A stretch of DNA of 25,633 bases from a virus. Taxonomy: Duplodnaviria; Caudoviricetes. Shown one piece after another: positions 7,358 to 15,113 of the stretch. The stretch is taken from positions 1 through 25,633 of IMG/VR virus record IMGVR_UViG_3300012952_000121. The stretch is one strand, 5' to 3'. The translations under genes and the position numbers were made by a program. The stretch's first letter is position 1. The number at the start of each line of letters is the position of its first letter. The notes beneath the pieces are model-generated. The model did no database searches. It was not told the DNA's origin and worked only from the letters and a program-made list of their open reading frames with translations.

Positions 7358-8766
7358 TTAGTACATCTTAATGGAATTGGGGGCGTAAAGGCGGGTTTTC
7401 GTTATCATTTCCAGGCTGTAGCGAAGGCTATCGATCGCATGCTTGTAAGGGCCGTCCGAAAAATCGAAGTTGCGCAGGCTGCTGATCGTGTTTGTACACC
7501 GGGGGTGGATGCTGAAACAGTTATCGCGCACCATCGATGCATGAATGATTCCGACCCCAACGTAAACAGATCCCCGGGGCTTCCAGGCTGTGCGGACACT
7601 TGGCCGGAGGCTGCCGGGAGGGATCTTCATGAGCTGCTCAAAAGCACGGATTAACCGGCTGTTTGACATGCGGCCTCCCCACCGCTTGCCACCATACGCA
7701 CGGTCCCCAACGATCCGATCCACGTGTTCCCAGCGCAGGCCGTTGCGTGTCAGCATTTCCAGGATCCCGCGAGCGTGAACAGTTTCTGAGGCGGCCCCAC
7801 TGCTGTACTCGTCGATCACCCAGATACGGGGGTTTTCCTCGTTCCGGTCGATCACTGTGAGCACTGCGAACTCTGAGCCCGCGTCGGCCCCGTGGTCGAT
7901 GCCGATACAGACGTTCAACTGGCGGCCGCCCGGGGGCATCTGTTCAGATATGTGGTGCTCATCGAAGGCATCGAAGCAGGCTTCCGGGTTGGCACACTCC
8001 CAGGCGCCCAGGAGGCGGGCGTCCCGGTCGATGGCCAGGTACCGGCTGGCGATGTCGTCGATCTGCGCCTGACTTACCAGGGGGAGCCCGCCCTCGGGGG
8101 TGGTGTTCTCCACAGTCAGGGGTGCCGGGTGGTCGGAGATCTTCCCGTCCTCCACAAGCTGCCGCATCCAACTCACGTCGTTCCGGCCTACTGGGGTCAT
8201 GGTGATCCCAATGACACCGTTGCGCCCGTCGGGCTCGCGTCTGCGGAGCACACGTGCGGACAGCTCGCCCCAGATGGTGGGTGGTGGTGGCTCGTCAATG
8301 ATGCACAGGTCAATGGTGGCAGAGGCCAGGCCCAGGGTCCCCTGGTTGGTGGTCTTGATCCGGATGATCGATCCGTTCTTCAGCTTGATCACCTGCTGCT
8401 TTCCCCGAAAGCCCTTGGCTGGGATCCACTCGGTGTCTTCTGTCAGTTGGTCCTTTGGTAGAAGCTCCCACAGCTTGGACGCGACTGCGACCGATTGCTC
8501 ATGGCTGTACGTGATGAGCCAGGCCTCAATGGGCGGTTCTTTGGTCTCCAGGAATGGGTGCGTACCCGTGCACCGATAGACAATTTCTGCAGCCCCGGCC
8601 CATGTCTTGCCCACCTGGTTGCTCAGCCACCCCGCAGCAATTTCACTGCTGCGGGGTCACTCAACCATCGTTTCTGGGGTGGGGTCCATCGGACAAAATC
8701 AAGAGGGCGCGTGTCCGCTCTGCTCTTGAGGGCCTTGGTGGCGCTGGCAAGGTGGGCCAAGTTCAC
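7358..8766 (-). CDS. terL: Terminase large subunit, reading frame interrupted at 8625-8621
   Basis: GTG 8766 overlaps the terS stop (GTGA). The 47-aa first part ends ...WTPPQKRWLSDPAAVKLLRGG*. The second frame continues NQVGKT (Walker A), LCIIDEPP (Walker B), TMTP (coupling motif), IGIDHG and HAIDSLRY (RNase H-like nuclease). Confidence 0.9.
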
Positions 8767-9194
8767 GAGCTGCTACCCCCGGTGCGCTTCTTCTTTCCGG
8801 TGGGGGGGGCTCCCAGCTTGACGATCGCACCCGTGCGGACTGCCTCCAGGGTGGCGGCGATCTGATCCTGCACGGACTGGGGCATCTCCAGGATCGTTTC
8901 CAGGATGAACGCCAGCAGCTCCTGAGATGACAGCGTGGCTGTGGGGTCGTCCTGGGCCATGAGGGCCTCGCGCATCTCATCATGTAGCTGCAGCTCCAGC
9001 CTGTGCAGCTGAGACATGGCAGTGACCCGGCCCTGCTTGCGGCAGTAGTCCAGGTCTGTACGAATTTCATCCAGCTTGAGTTTCTTGTACTCAATCCCGC
9101 CCATGGACTTGGGATCCGGTGCGGGGGGTGCTGGCTTCCGCTTCCGGGTGGGTGGCTTGCGCACCTTCTTCTCTCTGCCGCCTGTCTTCGACAT
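8763..9194 (-). CDS. Putative terminase small subunit
   Basis: 143 aa, helical, basic termini; translationally coupled to terL; GAGGT RBS. Call is positional. Confidence 0.6.
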   Translation of the reverse strand: MSKTGGREKKVRKPPTRKRKPAPPAPDPKSMGGIEYKKLKLDEIRTDLDYCRKQGRVTAMSQLHRLELQLHDEMREALMAQDDPTATLSSQELLAFILETILEMPQSVQDQIAATLEAVRTGAIVKLGAPPTGKKKRTGGSSS

Positions 9195-9512
9195 CCTGGT
9201 ACCTCAGTTTTTGATAGGAGAGCGCGCGAAAATCGAAGTGGAGAGGTCGCGGGTTTCTCTCCTCAGAGGCACACGCCCATCGATTATGGAGCTTGAACCG
9301 TCACTATCGTCGGGCGATAAGATTGGCCTGGGGGAGGGGGGTGAGCCCCTGGTGAGCAGGCGCACCTGTCCTGTGTGGCTGGTCGCCCGTCTGTGTGTGG
9401 CTTCGTACATCGTCCGGCTTCGTTCTCATGAGTGCAGCCGGTCCAGATGGACCACACCATCGGCCAATGGTGTGACGCCTCGAGGCCATACTACCCCGAA
9501 CTGTTCACATGC

Positions 9513-9761
9513 TCAAGCGTCTGCGGCCCTGGTCTTGCTCACGAGTGCGCCCACAAGTGCGCGCTCATCCAGCACCTCCAGGCCCTTGACCTCGCGGGCC
9601 ACGTGTGTGGCTGAGAGTCTGAGGTACTCCGAGACGGTACAGCCCTCGTCCTCTGCCGCGGCTCGGATGAGCGCTCTGTCCTCGTCGTTGACGTAGCACC
9701 GCAGCTCGTGCCGTCGCCTGTGCTCAGGCCTCAGCCTGCTGTGGTGGTCGTCGTCATCCAT
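9513..9761 (-). CDS. Ribbon-helix-helix DNA-binding protein (MobC/NikA-like)
   Basis: RRHELRCYVNDEDRALIRAAAEDEGCTVSEYLR is a typical RHH pattern; ATG 9761 preferred as start. Confidence 0.7.
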   Translation of the reverse strand: MDDDDHHSRLRPEHRRRHELRCYVNDEDRALIRAAAEDEGCTVSEYLRLSATHVAREVKGLEVLDERALVGALVSKTRAADA

Positions 9762-9863
9762 GACCCCAGTGTACCCCGTATGCATTGAGGTGGAGCCCCT
9801 GTGTGTGTATGCCATCCGACAAACACACACGGATAGAGATCAGCACCTGAACCGGAGACCATC

Positions 9864-10247
9864 ATGTCCATAGCCGCGCACTGGCAGAGCACCGTTGACC
9901 ACATCACCCAGAACCCTGGGCAGACCTTCCCAGAGCTAGGGGAGCACTCCCCTTGGATGTTCGGTGGTGGCGTTGAACTGACGCTACCAGACCACAACGT
10001 CCTGCTGTGGCATGACCTGAGCGAGGAGGGTGCTCGGTTCTTTCAGCATGCCAGCATCCGCCAGGCCGTGGTGCCCAGGGTTGTGGGCCTGGCCCAGTAC
10101 GCCTGGGGTGGGGTCATGCCCGATCTACCTGTGGCTGTGCGCCTGCCCAGGGGTGGGTACAAGGCCCTGCGCTGGGCCCCGGTCGCCTTCGATCCCAGGG
10201 CCTCAGCTGGACCCGCTGGTTTTGTTGCAGCTCGAGTCGTTTTCTAG
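9864..10247 (+). CDS. Conserved hypothetical mobile-element protein
   Basis: GGAGA RBS, 127 aa. Pattern I-x-x-N-P-G-x-T-F-x-E...N-V-L-L-W...Y...D-L-P...W-x-P-V. Confidence 0.7.
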   Translation: MSIAAHWQSTVDHITQNPGQTFPELGEHSPWMFGGGVELTLPDHNVLLWHDLSEEGARFFQHASIRQAVVPRVVGLAQYAWGGVMPDLPVAVRLPRGGYKALRWAPVAFDPRASAGPAGFVAARVVF

Positions 10248-10249
10248 GG

Positions 10250-10476
10250 CTCAGCTGGGCCCGGATTTGGTGAATGACTTTCCCAACATCCTGGGAACTC
10301 TGTCGCTGAATTAATTAAGTTGGGGTTTTTGTTCACCAACTGAAACGGCCAAGTGCCTGGAATCATTCAACTCTGTTTTTTATTTTGGTGAAGGCCCAAA
10401 AAAACGGCTGTTGACACGTCAAATAAATGGCCCGGATTTCTTAATGTATCACTTTAAGCGATCACCAAAAACGGCC
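10250..10476. repeat. AT-rich intergenic region with short direct/inverted repeats (candidate origin or protein-binding array)
   Basis: TTGGTGAA at 10267 and 10385; inverse TTCACCAA at 10332 and TCACCAA at 10462; GGCCCGGATTT at 10258 and 10429; AAACGGC three times. Confidence 0.55.
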
Positions 10477-10817
10477 TACACTTTGGGCGGCAATCTCTGC
10501 CCGATTCCCTTGATTCGGAGGTACTCAGCGAGGGCCAACCCGCGTTCCTGGGCCAGTTCGACGGCCTGGGCCTTTTCATCCTCGGTGAACCGGACCAGGA
10601 CCTTCAGGGTTCTGCGGTCCTCTGCTGCGCCTGCAGGCCTGCCCCTGCCTCGCTTGTGCAGCTCGACCCCACACCCCTGGCAGATGATGGCAGACCACCC
10701 ACCCAGGGCCATCCTGCGGCGGTCCCCACAGGCTGGGCAGATCACGGTGGCAAGGTAGCTGTTGCTGTCCTTGTCCAGCTTCCGGTTCTTGATGATGGCG
10801 TGGGTCTGTGTGGTCAT
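10476..10817 (-). CDS. Zn-ribbon + AT-hook-like + ribbon-helix-helix DNA-binding protein
   Basis: CPAC...CQGC, KRGRGRP, then VLVRFTEDEKAQAVELAQERGLALAEYLR; AGGAGA RBS. Confidence 0.75.
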   Translation of the reverse strand: MTTQTHAIIKNRKLDKDSNSYLATVICPACGDRRRMALGGWSAIICQGCGVELHKRGRGRPAGAAEDRRTLKVLVRFTEDEKAQAVELAQERGLALAEYLRIKGIGQRLPPKV

Positions 10818-10829
10818 GGTTTCTCCTGT

Positions 10830-10865
10830 TTAAAATGGAAGGTCATAGCCATACGGGTTGTTCAT
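10830..10865 (-). CDS. Possible 11-aa micropeptide MNNPYGYDLPF
   Basis: ATGA overlap with the upstream stop; TAA abuts the next gene's RBS. Confidence 0.3.
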   Translation of the reverse strand: MNNPYGYDLPF

Positions 10866-11113
10866 GACCTAAGTCCCATTTTGGTAAGAGTGGCGTTGTA
10901 CGCTTCAAATTGATCGTCGACTGATTGAAAGTGAGTCGTCATGTACCAATCAACCAATTCACCAATGAATTTGTCGGCTCGGTCCAGCGCCTTGTCCATG
11001 TTGGGATCGTCCTGATCTCCCTCACCCTCACGCTTGCACGCCATCATCCATCGATAGTAGTCCAACGCACACGCGTTGTTGAGGTTGAGTGTTGGACGTC
11101 GCTTTGTAGTCAT
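10862..11113 (-). CDS. Hypothetical protein (lower GC than neighbours)
   Basis: ATG 11113 preceded by GAGACAACC, like the other cassette leaders; 83 aa. Confidence 0.65.
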   Translation of the reverse strand: MTTKRRPTLNLNNACALDYYRWMMACKREGEGDQDDPNMDKALDRADKFIGELVDWYMTTHFQSVDDQFEAYNATLTKMGLRS

Positions 11114-11136
11114 GGTTGTCTCGCGGGTTGAAGGTA

Positions 11137-11229
11137 TCACAAGGCCATCAGCAGGCAGACCAGGCCGAAGACCAGCAGGCTGCCCACGATGTCGTCGATG
11201 GTGTAGGTGTACGGCTCATCACCGTCCAT
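11137..11229 (-). CDS. 30-aa single-pass membrane peptide
   Basis: Not in track. MDGDEPYTYTIDDIVGSLLVFGLVCLLMAL*, preceded by the repeated leader with AGGGAG RBS. Confidence 0.6.
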   Translation of the reverse strand: MDGDEPYTYTIDDIVGSLLVFGLVCLLMAL

Positions 11230-11232
11230 AGG

Positions 11233-11272
11233 TGTCTCCCTGCGGCCCCCCTGAGGGGGCCTGGTTGGTGGT
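11233..11272 (-). repeat. 40-bp intergenic leader repeat, copy 1 (hairpin + RBS)
   Basis: ACCACCAACCAGGCCCCCTCAGGGGGGCCGCAGGGAGACA; nearly identical to 11457-11497. Confidence 0.9.
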
Positions 11273-11454
11273 TACTTGGCCGCGGTCGTGAGGTTGTGAA
11301 TCTTGACGATGTGGTCGGCGATGGCCTTGGATTCGCACTCCGCGATCATCGTTCCCGCCGGGCTGCACACGATCCACGTGATGACCTTGCCCGCTTCCTC
11401 GACACCAGGTGAAAGGAACCACCCGGCCGCGCTGATTGTTTGCTTATCGGTCAT
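11272..11454 (-). CDS. Small hypothetical protein (60 aa)
   Basis: Exactly bracketed by the two leader repeats; AGGGAG RBS. Confidence 0.75.
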   Translation of the reverse strand: MTDKQTISAAGWFLSPGVEEAGKVITWIVCSPAGTMIAECESKAIADHIVKIHNLTTAAK

Positions 11455-11456
11455 GT

Positions 11457-11497
11457 TGTCTCCCTGCGGCCCCCCTGGGGGGGGCCTGGTTGGTGGT
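11457..11497 (-). repeat. 41-bp intergenic leader repeat, copy 2
   Basis: Differs from copy 1 only in the C/G run at the hairpin loop. Confidence 0.9.
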
Positions 11498-11501
11498 GTT
11501 C

Positions 11502-11825
11502 TTAGAAGCTCGGGTCGTGGCCTTGCTCATAGCCATCGGTGGTGATGTAGCCGCACCGGCCGTAGCGCTGGTAGAAGTTGCCGCGGTCATAGTTCCACCT
11601 TGCAGGCTTCCGCCAGGTGGCTACTTCAACTTCCCTGGCCGGGTTGTCGACATAGTCGTCGGACTTCCAACACCAGCGCGCTTGGCGGTAGTAGATCGTG
11701 TTGCCGCTCTTGGACCAGCCCAAGATGGTGACGGGGTACGCATCCGATCCGATCCGATAGGTGGCACCTTGTCCAGCTTCGATTGTTTGACCGTTGGGCA
11801 GTGTGATTGTTCCGGTGGTGTTCAT
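11502..11825 (-). CDS. Conserved hypothetical phage protein
   Basis: 107 aa, with GQGATYRIGSDAYPVTI and terminal DPSF; leader CAGGGAGACAAC ATG. Confidence 0.75.
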   Translation of the reverse strand: MNTTGTITLPNGQTIEAGQGATYRIGSDAYPVTILGWSKSGNTIYYRQARWCWKSDDYVDNPAREVEVATWRKPARWNYDRGNFYQRYGRCGYITTDGYEQGHDPSF

Positions 11826-11867
11826 GTTGTCTCCCTGTTCTGTGGGGGGCTCATCCCCCCCGACAAC

Positions 11868-11935
11868 AAATATGTAGACACCTCTAAAATAACGACAAGC
11901 ACTATTTTACAGATATCTTCATATTTCTTGTGCAC
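11868..11935 (-). promoter_or_regulatory. Candidate sigma70-type promoter for the small-gene array
   Basis: AT-rich stretch; minus strand TTGTCG-18 nt-CATATT, followed by a GGGGGG/CCCCCC hairpin and RBS. Confidence 0.45.
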
Positions 11936-11948
11936 AGGCTTTGCGTGC

Positions 11949-13193
11949 TCACTTTACAGGCCGCCATATCTTCTGGCGTGCCCGCGTCCGCTCCTCGAAT
12001 CCGAGCGCATGCAAGACCCCTGTGACCCGCTGCAGGACGGCCCGGTTCTGGCCTGGGGACTCGATGCCCAGGGCGTCCTCACAGGCCTGTTTGAGGGTGA
12101 AGCCCCCGGCCTGGTGGGGATGGGCTACCCAGTTGGCCAGCTCCTGGGCCCAGGTATCGGACAGGCTGAACCGCTCGCCGTACTGCCGCAGCTCCTCGTC
12201 CATCTCAGGCGACAGCCACCACCGGCGGTCTGTCCGGTACCACATGAGCGCCTCGGCCCACAGTTGATCCCGGTCCTCTCTGATAGCCTCCACGTCAACG
12301 TCTGTGACCAACACAGGCCAGAACCGCCGCTCCCCTGTGCTGTCCCGTAGGAACTGGAGTTCGTTGGTCGTTCCTGTGATCACACACTGCCGCTTGCGCC
12401 GCACGACGTTGCGACCGTAGGCGGGCCGGAACTGGTCTACGCGGGTACTGATCCAGCTCTTGATTGTGGTGGCTTCTCGCCGCCTCATGCTGTCAAGCTC
12501 TGCCCATTCCAGGCACCACAGGCCCCCCAGTTGGGCCGCTGCATCCTTCGGATTGCGCAGGTCAGGCGGGCAGTCGGAGAAGTACCGCTCACCGAAGAGC
12601 GCCTCCAGGCCGGAGCTTTTCCGGGCGCCCTGCTTTCCCGCCAGGATCATGACGGTATCGCACTTGCACCCTGGCTCCATGGCCCGGGCTACGGCAGACA
12701 TCAGGAAGCGCTTGCCGATCTCCTTGATGAGCGGGGTCTCCTCTGCACCCATGTAGTCAGTCAGCCACCCGTCGATGCGGTCCACACCATCCCATACCAG
12801 GCTCTGCAGGTACTCCTGGATGGGGTGGTACTTGTTCTGTGCGGCGACGTGGATGAACGCCTCAGCCAGGCGGGTAGATGCTGCGTTGAACCCGTAGACA
12901 TCTGCCATCCAGATAGACGCGTCAATCTCGTCCACGTCCTGGATGGGCTCGCCGTCCAGCTCCTTCTGGGTGGTCAGTTCGTTGTAGCGGATGCGCCCTG
13001 CCCACCTGGGGTCATGCATCAGCACCGTGCGCACGTTGCCCAGGGTGGACTTCGCCTCCCCTTCGACAATGACACGGCCTGTCTTCCGGTCGTACTTGTC
13101 CGGGTACCGCTCCAGCATGTCCCAGACAGGGCGGTCCTCCCCATCCTCAGCAGGCGCGAGGCCTGCCACGCTCTCGATCTCGTCCCATTTCAT
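11949..13193 (-). CDS. VapE (virulence-associated E)-family P-loop ATPase, probable replicative helicase
   Basis: YHPIQEYL..L.WDG.DR, AVARAMEPGCKCD, GKQGARKS (Walker A), FRPAYGR, GTTN, FLRDSTGERRFWPV, RDQLWAEA. ATGA coupling at 13193. Confidence 0.9.
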   Translation of the reverse strand: MKWDEIESVAGLAPAEDGEDRPVWDMLERYPDKYDRKTGRVIVEGEAKSTLGNVRTVLMHDPRWAGRIRYNELTTQKELDGEPIQDVDEIDASIWMADVYGFNAASTRLAEAFIHVAAQNKYHPIQEYLQSLVWDGVDRIDGWLTDYMGAEETPLIKEIGKRFLMSAVARAMEPGCKCDTVMILAGKQGARKSSGLEALFGERYFSDCPPDLRNPKDAAAQLGGLWCLEWAELDSMRRREATTIKSWISTRVDQFRPAYGRNVVRRKRQCVITGTTNELQFLRDSTGERRFWPVLVTDVDVEAIREDRDQLWAEALMWYRTDRRWWLSPEMDEELRQYGERFSLSDTWAQELANWVAHPHQAGGFTLKQACEDALGIESPGQNRAVLQRVTGVLHALGFEERTRARQKIWRPVK

Positions 13194-14101
13194 GCGGCCA
13201 ACTCCCACAGCGACCCGGACCATCCGCAGCTGTTCCGGTGATTGCACTCTGCTCTGCTCTTCCTGTCTGCATCGATGAACCACCACACGTCGCGCCGGGC
13301 ACAACTGGGGCACGTCACCCCGGTCACTCGGTTACCTGCGATGGTCCCGCCCAGCCTGCTGCCCATCTCCTCGCGGGCTGCTGGGTCGTGCTTCAGTCTC
13401 TGCTTGGTTCGCCTCTTCCGGACCTTCCGGCCGTGGACCCGTTCATTCTTGGGGAAGGCTTGGCGCTTCTTCTTTGCCTCCTGGGCCTCTCTGAGCCGTT
13501 CAAGCTGGCGGTTCCAGGGGGTGTGGATGCCCAGGTACCCCCCTGGGGGATGCCACGAGGTGGCGTAGCGTGGCCAGTCGTCTGCCCGGATGCTGGGCAC
13601 GTAGTACAACCGCCCCGGGTCCTTGCACGCTGGGTCAATGGTGCTCTGCCACTGGGCCAGGTGGTAGGTGTCTGGGGTGTCGGCTTCGGCCTCGTTGGTG
13701 CACTCCCGGGTCCATCGGTCCGCCCAGGCGAACACAGCCGGCCAGTCCTTGGGGCTCACCGGCTCGTGTAGAGGCATGATCACCCGGAACTTGTGGTGTT
13801 CTTCTGTGTGTGACCAGGAGGTGTGGAGCATCCCCGGGCGCCAGCGCCAGGCCTCCAGAGCTGCCTCGATGGTGGTCCCGCTGTCGTAGTCGAGGACCAG
13901 GCAGGACAGGGCCTCTACCCCCGCCCCGCCTCGGGTGGTGTCTGGCTTGTACCGGGTTGGGCTCCATGCCTGGAGGCTCTTCTTCTCGCCCTGGTGGACC
14001 TTGAAGGTGGTGAGCGTCTGCACCAGGCGGTCCCAGTCAGCCGCGCGCTGCCGGATCTGGTTGTCGAAGGTGGAGGCAAACGGCACCACGTCCCACGTCA
14101 T
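13190..14101 (-). CDS. AEP-superfamily primase(-polymerase) with C-terminal Zn finger
   Basis: LVLDYD, HTSWSH, KFRVIMPL, D-P-A-C-K-D-P-G-R-L-Y-Y; CPSC...CNHRNSC. Adjacent to the helicase. Confidence 0.8.
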   Translation of the reverse strand: MTWDVVPFASTFDNQIRQRAADWDRLVQTLTTFKVHQGEKKSLQAWSPTRYKPDTTRGGAGVEALSCLVLDYDSGTTIEAALEAWRWRPGMLHTSWSHTEEHHKFRVIMPLHEPVSPKDWPAVFAWADRWTRECTNEAEADTPDTYHLAQWQSTIDPACKDPGRLYYVPSIRADDWPRYATSWHPPGGYLGIHTPWNRQLERLREAQEAKKKRQAFPKNERVHGRKVRKRRTKQRLKHDPAAREEMGSRLGGTIAGNRVTGVTCPSCARRDVWWFIDADRKSRAECNHRNSCGWSGSLWELAA

Positions 14102-14421
14102 GCCGACACCCGAGGCTCGGCGGGGCAGTCGATTACGTCCCCGTCGTGCTCACCAGGGCAGCCACAGAGGGCCCAGTGGGTATTGCAGACCTCGCACCAC
14201 AGCTCCCCACAGGCTTCGCAGTCCTTCGCATTGATCCACCCACGGTGGCCGTTGTCGCACAGCCACTCGCCCTGGGGGCTTCCGTCCTTGACCAGGTACG
14301 GCAGAACCGCCCACGCCTGGCGGGTGGCGCCACATCCCCGGGCTCTGCACTTCGACCCGGACAGCTTCCACTGCGGGCCGATCAGTGGGAGCTGACGAGG
14401 GGGCCACAGCTCGCGGCTCAT
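14098..14421 (-). CDS. Cys-rich multi-Zn-finger protein
   Basis: CRARGC, CDNGH, CEAC, CEVC, CGC; ATGA overlaps at both ends. Confidence 0.7.
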   Translation of the reverse strand: MSRELWPPRQLPLIGPQWKLSGSKCRARGCGATRQAWAVLPYLVKDGSPQGEWLCDNGHRGWINAKDCEACGELWCEVCNTHWALCGCPGEHDGDVIDCPAEPRVSA

Positions 14422-14621
14422 TCGTCACCCCACGACGGCCCATCTGAGCAGGCAGGGCACAGAAAGGAGGTGAATCGTCTGTTCGGCTCAACGCAGAACT
14501 GCCAGCCCTGGGCCACAGCGTCTACCTTGGCTCGTCTCCAATCGTCACTTGGTACGGCGGGGCCCTTGGTCTTGCACTCTCGGCAGACAGCACGAGCCAG
14601 GCCGCTGTTCAGCAGCGTCAT
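14418..14621 (-). CDS. Small Zn-ribbon protein
   Basis: CREC...GW...CPAC; 67 aa; coupled to the next gene. Confidence 0.7.
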   Translation of the reverse strand: MTLLNSGLARAVCRECKTKGPAVPSDDWRRAKVDAVAQGWQFCVEPNRRFTSFLCPACSDGPSWGDE

Positions 14622-14636
14622 GGTGTACCCCGTACT

Positions 14637-15056
14637 TCAAGCGGTCCAACGGGGGGGCAGGCTGCCGGTCTGCCAGAACTTCACGACATTGTCCAGGACC
14701 ACACGGATCCCCTCTGGCTCTGTCGCAAGCGCTGCCAGGACCATCCGTCCTGTGTGCACTTCCTTGGGCTGGTTCGTGTTCATGGCGATCATCGCCTCTG
14801 CTTCGACCCGCTCCAGGAGGTAGGCCGGCCGGGTTCTGGTGGCCTCCTGCTCATTGGCGATGTTCAGGATGAACGCCACGAGGCGCTGCTGGTCCTTGGG
14901 CTTCAACAGATCCCGCAGTCTCTGCCCTGCAGCTGTGCGGGTGTGCGGGTCGTCTACGGAATAGAGGGCCTTTCTGGGTTGTTGCGGGCCACCGTGGGCC
15001 GCTGGGGTGTGGTGCAAGTGTCGGGAATCATTCGTGGCGTCTGCGTGCATCATCAA
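14637..15056 (-). CDS. Hypothetical protein
   Basis: ORF fills the operon gap after the integrase; start position uncertain. Confidence 0.6.
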   Translation of the reverse strand: MMMHADATNDSRHLHHTPAAHGGPQQPRKALYSVDDPHTRTAAGQRLRDLLKPKDQQRLVAFILNIANEQEATRTRPAYLLERVEAEAMIAMNTNQPKEVHTGRMVLAALATEPEGIRVVLDNVVKFWQTGSLPPRWTA

Positions 15057-15113
15057 CTATCTGTAGTGGAGGGTTTTGAAGGAATCGCGCACACTTAGCC
15101 CACAGGATGCGGG

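Noticed and set aside
7358-8614. Track start of terL at GTG 8614
   Set aside because: It begins in the middle of Walker A and omits the Q-motif and preceding strand encoded in 8766-8626. Unlikely to be the true functional start.
8623-8625. UGA as selenocysteine, Trp or an alternative genetic code
   Set aside because: Reading through stays in the wrong frame, and many other genes here clearly use TGA as stop (ATGA/TGATG overlaps).
10411-10440. TTGACA as a -35 box
   Set aside because: No acceptable -10 at 16-18 nt spacing and no downstream plus-strand gene.
11233-11497. CRISPR array or integron attC sites
   Set aside because: Only two full copies, a 184-bp coding spacer, no cas genes, and no GTTRRRY/RYYYAAC ends.
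9769-14634. 12-bp repeat GTGTACCCCGTA at 9769 and 14623
   Set aside because: Isolated 12-mer matches are expected by chance in 25 kb; no further similarity.
15057-15113. tRNA-derived attP core next to int
   Set aside because: No T-loop (GTTCGA) or other tRNA-like sequence visible; attP cannot be located from this window.
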